Below are positions 37,102 through 47,626 of a DNA stretch of 64,000 bases, piece by piece (position 1 is the stretch's first letter; every line of letters starts with the position of its first letter). The notes beneath the pieces are model-generated. The model saw only the letters and a program-made list of their open reading frames with translations. It did no database searches and was not told the DNA's origin. The stretch lies in contig OX638292.1 of assembly GCA_951812285.1 (NCBI GenBank), positions 1,183,699 to 1,247,698 on the forward strand. Reading direction: 5' to 3'. The position numbers and the translations under genes are program-made. Source of the DNA: an uncultured Dehalococcoidia bacterium. Lineage in GTDB: Bacteria; Chloroflexota; Dehalococcoidia; Lucifugimonadales; UBA1127.

Positions 37102-40100
37102 ATGGTTTTCTTGAGCAAGGGACTGCGGGCAGCCTACTGGACCCGCGCACTCCGGTTGCGGGGCATACTCGGGGCGACGGTCATGGTCGTCCTGATGCTG
37201 GCCGCGTCGCAGCCGGCTTTGGCACAGGGAGGGAGTCTCCCGGCGACGCCGGCCCCCCTCTCCCACGACCCGATGGCCATCACCTGGACCAACCCCGGGG
37301 ACTCCAGCAGCATGGGCTACCAGGCGCTCAGGCGGACCCCTGCGATCCACGATCCGGGCGAGTTCCTGGACATCGAGGACGAGACGGGCAATTCGGCCAC
37401 GAGCTACACAGCCACGAGCGTGCCGGCATCACCCGAGACCGCTTTGGGGTGGCCAAAGATCGCGCTGGATGAGGCGGTACCGGCCAACCGAGGGGCGTGG
37501 GCGGACGGCCTGACCGGATGGAAGCCTGACAAGGGCATCGATCAGCCCGGTGGAATCTCGTCGAACGGAAACGCCGTGTCGACGGGCCGCACGGCTGATG
37601 ATCAAGACGTTCTCAGAGCGACTCCCAGACAGGCATCAGTTGGCAGCCGCGGCTTCACGGCGTTGACCCAGCGCTCCCTAATGACGTGCGGTCTGCGTGT
37701 CGATGGGAGCATCGACTGTTGGGGCGACAACTTCTATGGGACGACCCAGACGCCGGAGGGCTCGTTCGTCGCCGTCGCCAGCGGCTCCATACGTGCGTGC
37801 GCGATCAGGACCGATGGCACCATCGTCTGCTGGGGAAGCACCGACTTCAATGACGTAGACCCACCCGAGGGTACCTTCAAGGCGATCACGGCGCATGCCC
37901 GGACATCGTGCGCGATCGCAAGCGACGACACGCTCGCCTGTTGGGGATACGACGCCTACGGTCAAGCCCATCCGCCCGCGGGCACCTACACGGCCGTCAC
38001 CGTCGGCTGGGAGCATGGGTGCGCGCTCGCGACCGACGGCACACTCGCCTGCTGGGGATACACCCCAGCGGTGTCGCCGCCGACGGGCACATACAAGGCA
38101 ATCGCCGGCGGAGACGTCCACACCTGCGCCATCGCTCCCGACGACACAATCGCCTGCTGGGGCGTCAACAGCTCGCGGCAGCTCAACGCACCCTCGGGCA
38201 CCTACACGGCCCTCTCGGGCGACAACAAACACTCGTGCGCGATCGCGACCGACGGCACGCTCGTATGCTGGGGATACAACGGAAGTGGGCAGACCGACGC
38301 ACCGGCGGGCACCTACACGGCTGTGTCTTCCGGTAACAATCACAACTGCGCCCTCTCGACCGAAGGCACCCTTGAGTGCTGGGGGAAAAACCTTTCTGGG
38401 GAATCCGATCCGCCCGAGGGCACCTACACGGCGGTCCGCGCTTACTTCTCGCACAGCTGCGCTATTGCGACCGACGGCAGCGTCGTGTGCTGGGGTTACA
38501 ACGTCAACGAAAGAGCAGAGCCGCCGGGGGGCGGTCACAGCAGTGTTGCCCTCGGCTTCGAACACGGCTGTTCCATTGCCGACGACCGCACCCTCGTATG
38601 CTGGGGAGATAACACACACGGGCAGACCGACGCTCCCACCGGGGCCCATAAGACCGTTGTCGTTGGCTACTACCACAGCTGCGCCATCGCCGCCGACAAC
38701 ACCCTCGCCTGCTGGGGAGATGACTCACTCGACCAGCACGACGCGCCCGCCGGTACGCACAAAGCCCTTGTCGCCGGCGACGACCACAACTGCGCCATCG
38801 CCGCCGACGACACCCTCGAGTGCTGGGGGCACAAGGACGAGGGCCAGACCGACGCGCCCGCTGGTACCTACAGCGCCGTCGTTGCAGGCGCCGACCACAA
38901 TTGCGCCATAGCGACCGACGGCACGCTCGCATGCTGGGGCAAGAACAACTATGGTCAGACCAATGCGCCCGCCGGCGCCTACAAAGCCCTCACAGCCGGA
39001 GACCACACCACCTGTGCCATCGCCTCCGATGACACCCTCGCTTGCTGGGGCTGGAACGATCAAGGCCAAGCCGACGCGCCTGCCGGCGCCTACAGCTCCG
39101 TCGCCATCGGCAACAGGCACAGTTGCGCCATAGCGACCAACGACACCCTCGCTTGCTGGGGCTGGAACAGAGACGGCCAAACCGACGCGCCCGCCGGCGC
39201 CTACAGCTCCGTCGCCATCGGCACAACACACAGCTGCGCCGTCACGACTGAAGGCAAAATCGCCTGCTGGGGAGACCTCATCGGAGAACCTCCCGACACC
39301 ACAACAGGCACGTACGACACAGTCATAGCGCGCGAAAAACATACCTGCGCAATCGCCACCGACGGCTCCATCTCATGCTGGCCTCGCACGCCCGACGGCG
39401 TCGAATGGTCAAACACCGACACCTTCGGTGACGACGAATTCGTTCCCGTCACTATCGGCTGGGACCAGTCGACCGCCAGCCTGGATGAACATGGGTCAAC
39501 GGTGACGCTCGGGGCCACGGTCACCACCACGGTAGACAGGATGCCCGAGAGCGGGTTCTCCGTCCTCTTGTCGGCGAGGACGGCCGCCGACACGGCGACA
39601 GCCGGGGCCGACTACCAGGCGCTGACCCAGGACCTGAGCTTCCAGCAGAGCGACTTCGCACGCGTCGACGTAGGCGGGCAGTTCCGCTTCCAGGCGACCA
39701 AGAACGTCACGGTCTCGATCATCGACGACACGGTGGACGAGCCGGACGAGGCCTTCACCGTTAAACTGGTGTACCGCGGAGCCTTGCACAGCCACTATAC
39801 GGGCGGCAGAGCCATCGCCACGATCGCCATCACGGACAACGACCACGTGCCCGTACGCCTCGGCTGGGCCGAGACGCAGTTCACCGTGGAGGAGCCCACC
39901 ACCGTCGGCGACACCACGCCGGTGACCCTGACGGCCCGGGCCGTGACGACCAAGGACAAGCGGCCCGAGAGCGGGTTCACCTTCGACATCGCCGTGAACA
40001 CCGCCGACGGCACCGCCCGGCAGCCGGGAGACTACGCGCAGCTCTCGGCGACCGGGGCGTTCAGCCGGGGCGATTTCTCCCGCACGCAGGTCGACGGTCG

Positions 40101-40770
40101 CTTCCGCTATGTCGCGTCGACTTCGTTCACCGTCCACGTGCAGCACGACACGGTCAATGAGCCAAACGAGTCGTTCACCGTGCGCCTCGCCTACGACGGA
40201 TCGAGTCAGCCCCACCTGCTCCTTGGCGATACGACCGCCACCGTCACCCTCACGGGCGACGTTGCGCCCCTGCCCGACCTCAGCACGACCGTCAGTGGAA
40301 GCGGTGTCGGCGGAGGCGGCTTCGGCCCAGCTCCCGTCGCGCCCAAGTTCGCCGACGGCTTCCGCACCGCGCGGGCCGTCCCGGAAAACGCGCGACCGAG
40401 CGATGCTGTCGGTGACCCGGTGCCAGCCACCCACCCCGATGGGCTGGAGATTACCTACTCCCTGAGCGGTGCGGACGCGTCACTCTTCGACGTCGACGAA
40501 GAGACCGGGCAGATCAGCGTTCGGGATGGGGCGGAGCTTACGCTGGGGACCACCTACACCGTCAACCTAACAGCCACGGACTCCGCCGGCTTCGGCGCCA
40601 TCATCATCGTGATGATCGCAGTCGAGGAGGCAGCCCACCACGCCTACGACCTCAACGCAAACGGCCGCATAGATCACGAAGAGGTTGTCGCAGCAGTCAA
40701 GGACTACTTTGCGGGGCTAATCGAAAAGGAATACGTCGTAGAGCTCATCAAGCTCTACTTCGCGTCCTAG
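37102..40770 (+). CDS. Secreted protein: truncated FN3, ~16 RCC1/Crinkly-like repeats, 2 Calx-beta, cadherin-like and C-terminal EF-hand/dockerin-like module
   Basis: Signal ending PALA-Q. 15x CWG plus 1x CWP in ~37-aa repeats (H.CAI..DGTL.CWG.N..GQ..AP.G.Y). DD.VDEPDEAFTV.L. Start uncertain (36997/37102/37183). Confidence 0.8.
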   Translation: MVFLSKGLRAAYWTRALRLRGILGATVMVVLMLAASQPALAQGGSLPATPAPLSHDPMAITWTNPGDSSSMGYQALRRTPAIHDPGEFLDIEDETGNSATSYTATSVPASPETALGWPKIALDEAVPANRGAWADGLTGWKPDKGIDQPGGISSNGNAVSTGRTADDQDVLRATPRQASVGSRGFTALTQRSLMTCGLRVDGSIDCWGDNFYGTTQTPEGSFVAVASGSIRACAIRTDGTIVCWGSTDFNDVDPPEGTFKAITAHARTSCAIASDDTLACWGYDAYGQAHPPAGTYTAVTVGWEHGCALATDGTLACWGYTPAVSPPTGTYKAIAGGDVHTCAIAPDDTIACWGVNSSRQLNAPSGTYTALSGDNKHSCAIATDGTLVCWGYNGSGQTDAPAGTYTAVSSGNNHNCALSTEGTLECWGKNLSGESDPPEGTYTAVRAYFSHSCAIATDGSVVCWGYNVNERAEPPGGGHSSVALGFEHGCSIADDRTLVCWGDNTHGQTDAPTGAHKTVVVGYYHSCAIAADNTLACWGDDSLDQHDAPAGTHKALVAGDDHNCAIAADDTLECWGHKDEGQTDAPAGTYSAVVAGADHNCAIATDGTLACWGKNNYGQTNAPAGAYKALTAGDHTTCAIASDDTLACWGWNDQGQADAPAGAYSSVAIGNRHSCAIATNDTLACWGWNRDGQTDAPAGAYSSVAIGTTHSCAVTTEGKIACWGDLIGEPPDTTTGTYDTVIAREKHTCAIATDGSISCWPRTPDGVEWSNTDTFGDDEFVPVTIGWDQSTASLDEHGSTVTLGATVTTTVDRMPESGFSVLLSARTAADTATAGADYQALTQDLSFQQSDFARVDVGGQFRFQATKNVTVSIIDDTVDEPDEAFTVKLVYRGALHSHYTGGRAIATIAITDNDHVPVRLGWAETQFTVEEPTTVGDTTPVTLTARAVTTKDKRPESGFTFDIAVNTADGTARQPGDYAQLSATGAFSRGDFSRTQVDGRFRYVASTSFTVHVQHDTVNEPNESFTVRLAYDGSSQPHLLLGDTTATVTLTGDVAPLPDLSTTVSGSGVGGGGFGPAPVAPKFADGFRTARAVPENARPSDAVGDPVPATHPDGLEITYSLSGADASLFDVDEETGQISVRDGAELTLGTTYTVNLTATDSAGFGAIIIVMIAVEEAAHHAYDLNANGRIDHEEVVAAVKDYFAGLIEKEYVVELIKLYFAS
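40165..40238 (+). repeat. 74-bp exact repeat shared with 56677..56750 (core of a longer near-identical Calx-beta module)
   Basis: aacgagtcgttcaccgtgcgcctcgcctacgacggatcgagtcagccccacctgctccttggcgatacgaccgc is present at both positions. Confidence 0.85.
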
Positions 40771-41076
40771 GGCTGCGGTCGGGGCGTTGCGTTTGGTCGC
40801 CTTCGCACCTACGAATTGTCTCTCCACTTGCGGGACAGAACGTCCCCACAAACCTGGGTCGCTTCTGGTTTTGTCGTCTTCTACTTGGCTCTCTACAGCC
40901 CAGGGTGTGAGCCAACGATGTAAAGCGGGACACGGCAGTACTTTCGCAATTCAACGCTCACCCGCCGGCCACACCGCCAGTGCAGGACCATGGCCGCAAT
41001 GTCTCGCTTCAATCGGACACCCAGTACGCCAAAGCTGCCTCAACGCATGACATCCGTGGGCCTGTGGGTTCAGGCC

Positions 41077-44000
41077 TCACACCGGAACCCCGAAATACAG
41101 CTTCACCAGTTCTATGACGTCTTCCTTCGCGAGAAGCCCAGCGAAGTAGTCCTTCACCGCAGCTACGACCTCCTCTCGCTCGATGGTCCCGTTGCGGTTG
41201 GCGTCGTAAGCGTGGTGGGCTGCCTCTGACACCTCAATGGTGACGATGATGATGGCGCCGAATCCTGCCGAGTCCGTTGCAGTGAGGTTGACCGTGTAGG
41301 TGCGTCCGAGCACGAGGTCCACGCCCTCCTTCACCCGGATCTGCCCCGTCTCCTCGTCGACGGTGAAGGAGGCGGCGTCGGTACCGCTGAGGGAGTAGGT
41401 GATGGCAAGGTCGTCCACGTGGGTCGCTTGTATCGGTCCGCCCACTGCCTCCCCGGGCCGGGCGTTCTCTGGCAAGTCTCTCGTGGCGCGGAACCCGTCT
41501 GCGAATTTGGGCGCCTTCGGAGCCGGGCCGAACCCGCCACCACCGCCGCCTCCGCCTCCGCCGCCTGTCGTCGATGAGGTGGACGACCCTCCTCTAGTGT
41601 TGAAGACCCGGGACAGGGCACTCTCGGCGTCAAATGCGCTGTTCAACGCCGCCTGAATCTCGTAGAGGGTGTCCTCCTTCAGATTGGTCAGGTCGAATGT
41701 GACCTCCTGGTTGGTGGTCATTTCCGGGTCCATGGGCGTCCACCCCGACTCGCCGAGTTCTCGACAGCGCATGTGCACCATTTGTTCCGTGCCGTCCGGC
41801 GAGTGTACTTTCACCTTCGCCTTGGCGCTGTCCTTCGTCACGCCGGTCTCAGTCAGCGACTCACTGCTAGGATCCTCACCCAACGTGGTAAACATGAATG
41901 ACTTGGTTGTTTGCCCGGGGAAGTCCCGCTCCAGCGAGGCCTGCAGCTCGTATTCCTCGTCGGGAGCGAGCCCATTGAGCTCAAACTCATGGAAGTGTCC
42001 GGACGGGGCGTCTACCGGACTCCGGGTGTTCCACGGGTCAGTGCCCGACCGGTACCGCGTGTACATGGTGACGGACTCCCTCCGGTCCTTGGAACTGACG
42101 CTGACGACGACTTTCCGCTCGGACTTTTCGTGGACGTGGACGCCGGTCGGCGTCGGCACCAGAGTGGTGAACGTCCGTCTGTGCGCTCGGCGAAAGCCGG
42201 TGTCCGTATCCGCCTCTATCTCGTAGTCCATCCCGGCTGTGAGGCCGGAAACGGTGTAGGCCACCGTCGATTCCACGTTTCGGTCCGGGTTGTCGAGGGT
42301 GACGGTTGGCGCGCTAACCCAACTGCCCGCGGGAAGCGTCCGATACCGGGTGTTCACCGGCTGGTCTTCGGGCGCAGCAAACTTCACCTTCGTCGTGAGG
42401 TCGACCGTGCCCTCCGTGATTGTGTCCACGTCAATGCCAATGACTTTGGCAGGCTCTGATCTGATCGTGGTGGAAGCGGTAGCCCCTCGTGGGAAGGTGC
42501 TTTCCAGGGACGCTTCGAATTCGTACAGCGTGTCCGGCTCCAGGCCGGTGGGCTGCATCTCGACCTTTTCCTCGTCCGTCGTAGTCGCTTCGAAGACGTT
42601 CGAGTTCCACTCTCGCTCGCCTGCAATGCGGTAGCGCAGGTAGGCGGTCTTGGTCTCGGCGCCGCCATGGGCAAAGATGATGTCCATAGTGAAGTCGAAC
42701 CCGTCTATTGTGAGGATCTGGATGCGAGACACGCTGGGATCGGGCGGCAGCGTCTCCATGACCCTTGGCCGGGTGTCAGTGGCGGGGAACGATGAGCTCA
42801 ATGAGGCTTCCACCTGGTACTTCCGTCCCATTGCGAGTCCAGTGAGCGAGAATTCGGCCGTACCGGTGTCTGTGTCCTCGGATTGGGCGCTGCTCCACCG
42901 GCCGTTGGGCAATTGCCGGTGACGCAGGTAGACGCGCTGGGTGCCGCTCGGGCTTGCTATCGAGACCGTGGCTTCTGCAGTGGTCTGCGTAATGCTGCCG
43001 AGGGTCAGTCCGCTGAGGGTGGGCGACGCCTGGAGCGTCGTGAGCGAGAGCCGCGTTGTCCCACCCGAAGGGAACGTATCGTCGAGAGAGACCTCGACGT
43101 CGTACCTGACGGCAACGTCCAGGCCCGCCAACGGGAACACGACCTCGTCCGAAGTCGCGTTGCGGTCTGGCGTGGTCACCCAAGAGGGCTGTCCGGGAGC
43201 GCGGTGGCGGAGGTAGACCGTGGGCGAACGATCGTGGCGGTCCGCCACGTCGACCTTGACCTCGGCGGAGTTCGACGTCGTGGAGTCCACGTAGGCAAGG
43301 GACACCCGCGGGTCAGGCGGCAAAGTATCAAAATTGAGCCCCAGGCGAACAAACCTCAGTTCTGGAGAGTCATATCGTCCTATCACGATGTACCCAGTAT
43401 CCGGCAAGAGACCGGACACCTTCGCGGTTCCTGTATTGTCCGAGACCGTGAGTTTCACACGGGCCCTAATGGCACGTGGAATTGGGATATCGATCAGTTC
43501 AATGTTGAAGCTCTGCGCCCTGGCTATCGGATCACTGAGGGTAAGCGTCAGATCGGCTCCGTTCTTGGTGATGTTATCGGCTGTGAAGCTGGCGACTCCC
43601 GGAGGTTCGGTCTGCACCTGCGCGGTGACCGTCTCGCCGCTGGGGAAGGTGTCGTCCATGGATGCCCGCACCTCATAGACGCCGAGCGCCAGCAGTCCTG
43701 TCAGTCTGTGCTCGCCCGTTCCGGTGGTTGTCACGATGTCCGGCAGGTCGATCCAAGACTGCTCCCCCCGCTGCCGGTATTGCACGTACACCGTCTGAGC
43801 AGCGCCGTTGGGGGCGGCAAGGTTCACCGTGACCGTCGCCTCCGTCGCCGTAATGCCGCCGACCTGCATGGAAAACAGCGTGGGCGGCGCGGTTTCGAAT
43901 GTGTCACGCAACGTTCCCTGCGTGGGGAACGTGGGGTCAGTCGAGGCCTCGAGCTGGTACTGGTTGCCGGACATGAAGTGGGGCAGCTTGTGCACGAGCC

Positions 44001-47000
44001 GGGTCTTCGACGACCGCGTAGTCCCCACCTCCACGTACGTCTGACTCCAAGGGCCGGTAGGCGACTCTGTGCGAAAGCGATAGTACGTGTTAACCACGTA
44101 GAGACTGTGCCCCTCGTAGTCGACGTTGACCTCGGCTTCCGTCTGGTTCGCCGACTTTACTTCAAACCCGACGATGGTGGCGGGCAGCGTCGTTACCGAT
44201 ACCGTCTCCGTCGCGTAGCTCGGGAAGCTGTTGTACGTGGAGACCTCTACCTCGTACTCCGCGCCCGCCCGAATCCTCCTGAGCAGGAGCGTGGCAGTGT
44301 CCGTCGCCGTTCTCGTGGTCGGGCCGGACGACCACCGCGCTTCGGACCCGGCAGGGCGGTAGCGGACGTAGACGGCGCGATTGCTGCCGTCCGTGTGCTC
44401 CAGCGTCAGGTTGAGGGTCGCGCTGTCCTGGGTTACATCGACCGCCTCAACCGCCGAGACCGTTGCCCACAGCGTCGTGAAACGCACTGACTTGGTGGTG
44501 TTCGGGGTGAAATCGCTGTCCAGAGACACGGAGATTTCGTATCCGGTCTCTTGCGAGAGGCCCTCAACGGTTTCGACGATCTGCACGGCAAGTTCCAGAA
44601 GCAACGGGGGATCGAATGGGGGAGGCGGAGGAGAGGGAAGCAATCGGATCCAGGGCCCCAGGGGTGAGGTGTTCCTGTACCGTGTGTAAAACTCCCGCAC
44701 GTTTTCGCTGCTGACGCCGGCCAGGTGGTTGATGTGACTTGCCTCTGTCTGCGTCAGGCTGTAGATGCCCACACTCACTATGCGGGCCGGCCGTGTAGTG
44801 AAGGTGACCGGGAGGCTTCCAGAGTCAAGGTCACTGAGCGTGGACACCTGCACCTCATAGGTGACCCCACCGAGGAGTGGCGTCACCTCCATGGCGAAGC
44901 TGGCCGTGGTGCTTATGGCGGTCGGCCCGTCAAGCCAGTCCGTGTCGCCGACCTCGCGATACCTGGAGTAGACGGCCACCTCGCGGCCATCGGCGAATTG
45001 AATGTTGCCCGCAATCGTCGCCGAATTCTCCAGCGTTCTCTGCAATCTCACTGAAGAGACGAGGGGGGCGAGCGTGGTGATTGTTTCGGGACTGGTCTCG
45101 CTGGGAGGGAAGCTGTTGTCCAGGGACACCTCGACGTCGTAATCGGTTCCGGGTGTCAACCCTCGAATAACCAGGAGCGCTTCAAGCACGGCGTCGTTTG
45201 CCAACGTCAAGACCTGCTGGGTTGAGCTCCACGGATCGGATGGCGTGGTGCGATAGCGCAAGTAGACGGGCAGACGGCTGATCAAGTTCTGGATCCGTAC
45301 CCCTACGCTAATCTCGGTGCCCTGTGCGCTTGGGAACAATTCAACGATCGCGGGGTCCGGCGGAGCGGAAACAAATCGTTCGCTCAGCGTGTCGTTGCCC
45401 GGGAAGGTATTGGTCTGCGACGCCCGCACCTGCATGTGCGTCCCGGGCGTCAGTCCGGAGAGCGTGAAGTCCACCGTCGAGGTCGAGGTTGTATCCGTTT
45501 GGAGGCTTCCCCATGACCCGGAAGGCAGCTCCCGGTGCTGCAAGTAGACCGTTTCCGTGCCCTGGGGGTCGGCGATGGTGACCGTCACCGTTGCGCCGGT
45601 CTGGGTGATGCTGCCGGACCCAATGCTCAGCTGTTGCAGGCTGGGAGTGGCCTGCAGCGATGTGAAGGTGGTGGACTGTGTCTCGCCCGGGGGGAAGGTC
45701 GCGTCCAGCGACATTTCCGCCTCGTACGCGGTTTCGGCGCTCAGGGACGTCAACCGGACGTCCCAGATGGACAGCCCGCCGCTGCCTGACCTGGTCGACG
45801 ACCAGGGTCCGTCCGGGCTCTGGCGGTAACGCAAGTGCATGCGCGTCCCGGACTGGGCGTTTGCCACGGTGCCCCTGATGTGCGTCGCGCTGGTGGAGAC
45901 GGCCACGACCGAAACGTTGGTGAGGCTGGCTGGTGTGTGCAACGTTTCGAATTCCTCACTCTCGGACGCATCCCCGGGGAATTGGCTATCAAGCGAGGCT
46001 TGCACGTTGTACGACTCGCCCGGCAGGAGACCCGTCAACGTTGTTGTCCCCGTGTCAGTAGCGGTGGTGAGGGAGTCGGTCAGGTACTCCAGTGGGTATT
46101 GTCGGGTGCGGTAGTACTGGAGGTTGACCACTTGAGACTCCCCGTTTGGCTCATCGAGGGTCACCGTCACATCGGCGGTGGTCTGGGCGATGTTGTCCAC
46201 GCTGACGTCCGTCACGAGTGGCGGAGCAGTCGTGAACGTGCCGGACACCGTCTCTCCCTGCGGGAAGGTGTCGTCCAGCGAGGCCTGCACGTCGTACGTC
46301 GTATCGGTCGACAAGCCGGTCAGGGAGACCTCGCCCGTGGCCGTGCGCGTCACGACGGCGGAAGCGTCCGTCCATGTGACGTCGGCCTGCTTGCGGTACT
46401 GCAGGTACACGGTCTGCGCCTCGCCGTTGGGTGCGCCGATGTCGATCGTGACGGTGGCGGCGGTCTGGCCTGAGTCGTCAACCCGGACGCCCTCCAGGTA
46501 GGGAGGTAGCGTGTCGAACGTGGTTGAGGCTGTCGCGTCCGCCGGGAAGGAGAGGTCTATCGAGGCTTCGACTTCGTAGCCGGTGTTGGACGTGAGGCCG
46601 TACAGAAGAACGCTCGCCTCATCAGTGCTGCTGTGGGTCCGGTGGTAGGTCCACTGGCCCGAGGGCGTGACCCGATAGCGCGCAAAGACGTACTGCCTCG
46701 CTCCGTTGGGCTCCTGAATGGTGACGTCGAAGCTCATGCGAGTCTGGTGCGCCAGACCTCTCTGGCTTATGGCCGTCACTTTGGGCGGCTGTGTTGCGAC
46801 TGGCAGGGCAACGACGCCCGAGGCGAACCCGTTGTCGAGTGAGGCTTCAACGTCGTAGGTCGTGCCGGAGGTCAGGCTGGACACCGTGAACGTCGCGCTG
46901 GTGGTCGAGGTGGACTCTGAGGGCGCCGTCGTCCACGGGTCAGTTCCTTCCGCGCGGTAGCGAAGGTGCACCGTCAACGACGCGGAACTGGGGTTGGCCA

Positions 47001-47214
47001 GGTCGACCGCCACCGTGAACGAGGTCTGCGTGGTCTCGCTGACCGTCACAGCGGTCACCGATGGCGTCTGGGCGAGGGTGTCGTGGGGAGGCAGCAGCGC
47101 CAGCGCCACCGCTGCAATCGCGGCCGCCAACCCGACGAACAAACGACCACGGCCAAGCCACCCAGCAGTCGCCTGGCGTGCCTTGGGCTGGGCTGCGTAC
47201 TTGAGCACCCTCAT
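41077..47214 (-). CDS. Giant secreted protein with 19 FN3-like repeats, cadherin-like and C-terminal EF-hand/dockerin-like module
   Basis: Signal peptide ending TLA-Q. ~97-aa repeats V.LRYR....W...L.GL...T.Y.V.AS.D..F. Gly tract then shared C-terminus. Confidence 0.85.
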   Translation of the reverse strand: MRVLKYAAQPKARQATAGWLGRGRLFVGLAAAIAAVALALLPPHDTLAQTPSVTAVTVSETTQTSFTVAVDLANPSSASLTVHLRYRAEGTDPWTTAPSESTSTTSATFTVSSLTSGTTYDVEASLDNGFASGVVALPVATQPPKVTAISQRGLAHQTRMSFDVTIQEPNGARQYVFARYRVTPSGQWTYHRTHSSTDEASVLLYGLTSNTGYEVEASIDLSFPADATASTTFDTLPPYLEGVRVDDSGQTAATVTIDIGAPNGEAQTVYLQYRKQADVTWTDASAVVTRTATGEVSLTGLSTDTTYDVQASLDDTFPQGETVSGTFTTAPPLVTDVSVDNIAQTTADVTVTLDEPNGESQVVNLQYYRTRQYPLEYLTDSLTTATDTGTTTLTGLLPGESYNVQASLDSQFPGDASESEEFETLHTPASLTNVSVVAVSTSATHIRGTVANAQSGTRMHLRYRQSPDGPWSSTRSGSGGLSIWDVRLTSLSAETAYEAEMSLDATFPPGETQSTTFTSLQATPSLQQLSIGSGSITQTGATVTVTIADPQGTETVYLQHRELPSGSWGSLQTDTTSTSTVDFTLSGLTPGTHMQVRASQTNTFPGNDTLSERFVSAPPDPAIVELFPSAQGTEISVGVRIQNLISRLPVYLRYRTTPSDPWSSTQQVLTLANDAVLEALLVIRGLTPGTDYDVEVSLDNSFPPSETSPETITTLAPLVSSVRLQRTLENSATIAGNIQFADGREVAVYSRYREVGDTDWLDGPTAISTTASFAMEVTPLLGGVTYEVQVSTLSDLDSGSLPVTFTTRPARIVSVGIYSLTQTEASHINHLAGVSSENVREFYTRYRNTSPLGPWIRLLPSPPPPPFDPPLLLELAVQIVETVEGLSQETGYEISVSLDSDFTPNTTKSVRFTTLWATVSAVEAVDVTQDSATLNLTLEHTDGSNRAVYVRYRPAGSEARWSSGPTTRTATDTATLLLRRIRAGAEYEVEVSTYNSFPSYATETVSVTTLPATIVGFEVKSANQTEAEVNVDYEGHSLYVVNTYYRFRTESPTGPWSQTYVEVGTTRSSKTRLVHKLPHFMSGNQYQLEASTDPTFPTQGTLRDTFETAPPTLFSMQVGGITATEATVTVNLAAPNGAAQTVYVQYRQRGEQSWIDLPDIVTTTGTGEHRLTGLLALGVYEVRASMDDTFPSGETVTAQVQTEPPGVASFTADNITKNGADLTLTLSDPIARAQSFNIELIDIPIPRAIRARVKLTVSDNTGTAKVSGLLPDTGYIVIGRYDSPELRFVRLGLNFDTLPPDPRVSLAYVDSTTSNSAEVKVDVADRHDRSPTVYLRHRAPGQPSWVTTPDRNATSDEVVFPLAGLDVAVRYDVEVSLDDTFPSGGTTRLSLTTLQASPTLSGLTLGSITQTTAEATVSIASPSGTQRVYLRHRQLPNGRWSSAQSEDTDTGTAEFSLTGLAMGRKYQVEASLSSSFPATDTRPRVMETLPPDPSVSRIQILTIDGFDFTMDIIFAHGGAETKTAYLRYRIAGEREWNSNVFEATTTDEEKVEMQPTGLEPDTLYEFEASLESTFPRGATASTTIRSEPAKVIGIDVDTITEGTVDLTTKVKFAAPEDQPVNTRYRTLPAGSWVSAPTVTLDNPDRNVESTVAYTVSGLTAGMDYEIEADTDTGFRRAHRRTFTTLVPTPTGVHVHEKSERKVVVSVSSKDRRESVTMYTRYRSGTDPWNTRSPVDAPSGHFHEFELNGLAPDEEYELQASLERDFPGQTTKSFMFTTLGEDPSSESLTETGVTKDSAKAKVKVHSPDGTEQMVHMRCRELGESGWTPMDPEMTTNQEVTFDLTNLKEDTLYEIQAALNSAFDAESALSRVFNTRGGSSTSSTTGGGGGGGGGGGFGPAPKAPKFADGFRATRDLPENARPGEAVGGPIQATHVDDLAITYSLSGTDAASFTVDEETGQIRVKEGVDLVLGRTYTVNLTATDSAGFGAIIIVTIEVSEAAHHAYDANRNGTIEREEVVAAVKDYFAGLLAKEDVIELVKLYFGVPV

Positions 47215-47626
47215 TTTCTATACTGCAAACGACTATTGGCCCTGCACAAACCACCTGCACCCGGGGCACTTCGATTACACGACTCTTAATGAATGCCTGA
47301 CCGTACCCTGGAAGCAGACGGTGGGCCAATTTGTAACATGGGAGCGCTCCACGGGCAAGTTGTGGCCGCCCTGTCAATTCCCTGAGGCTTCCCAAAGGAA
47401 AGTCCAATCGTGTTATTGGGCTCTCACGGCCCGAATGTGGTGATTTTGTACCTTTTGTTCGGCATTCTCCACATAGACCACTGTCCGAATTGCCCTTGCA
47501 GTTCAGGGGGATTACATCAAGCCTTGCAGTACTCGTATAATACATCTCGGCTAGCATCTGTAGATGGCGAACTAGCGCATCCGCGACTCTGCCCTAGCGG
47601 TATTGTATTAGGAGAGATGCAGTCCG

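Noticed and set aside
37620-39400. CRISPR array or diversity-generating retroelement in the ~111-bp repeats
   Set aside because: The repeats are in-frame coding units with degenerate codons. No constant repeat/unique spacer pattern, cas gene, reverse transcriptase or adenine-specific template/variable pair is evident.
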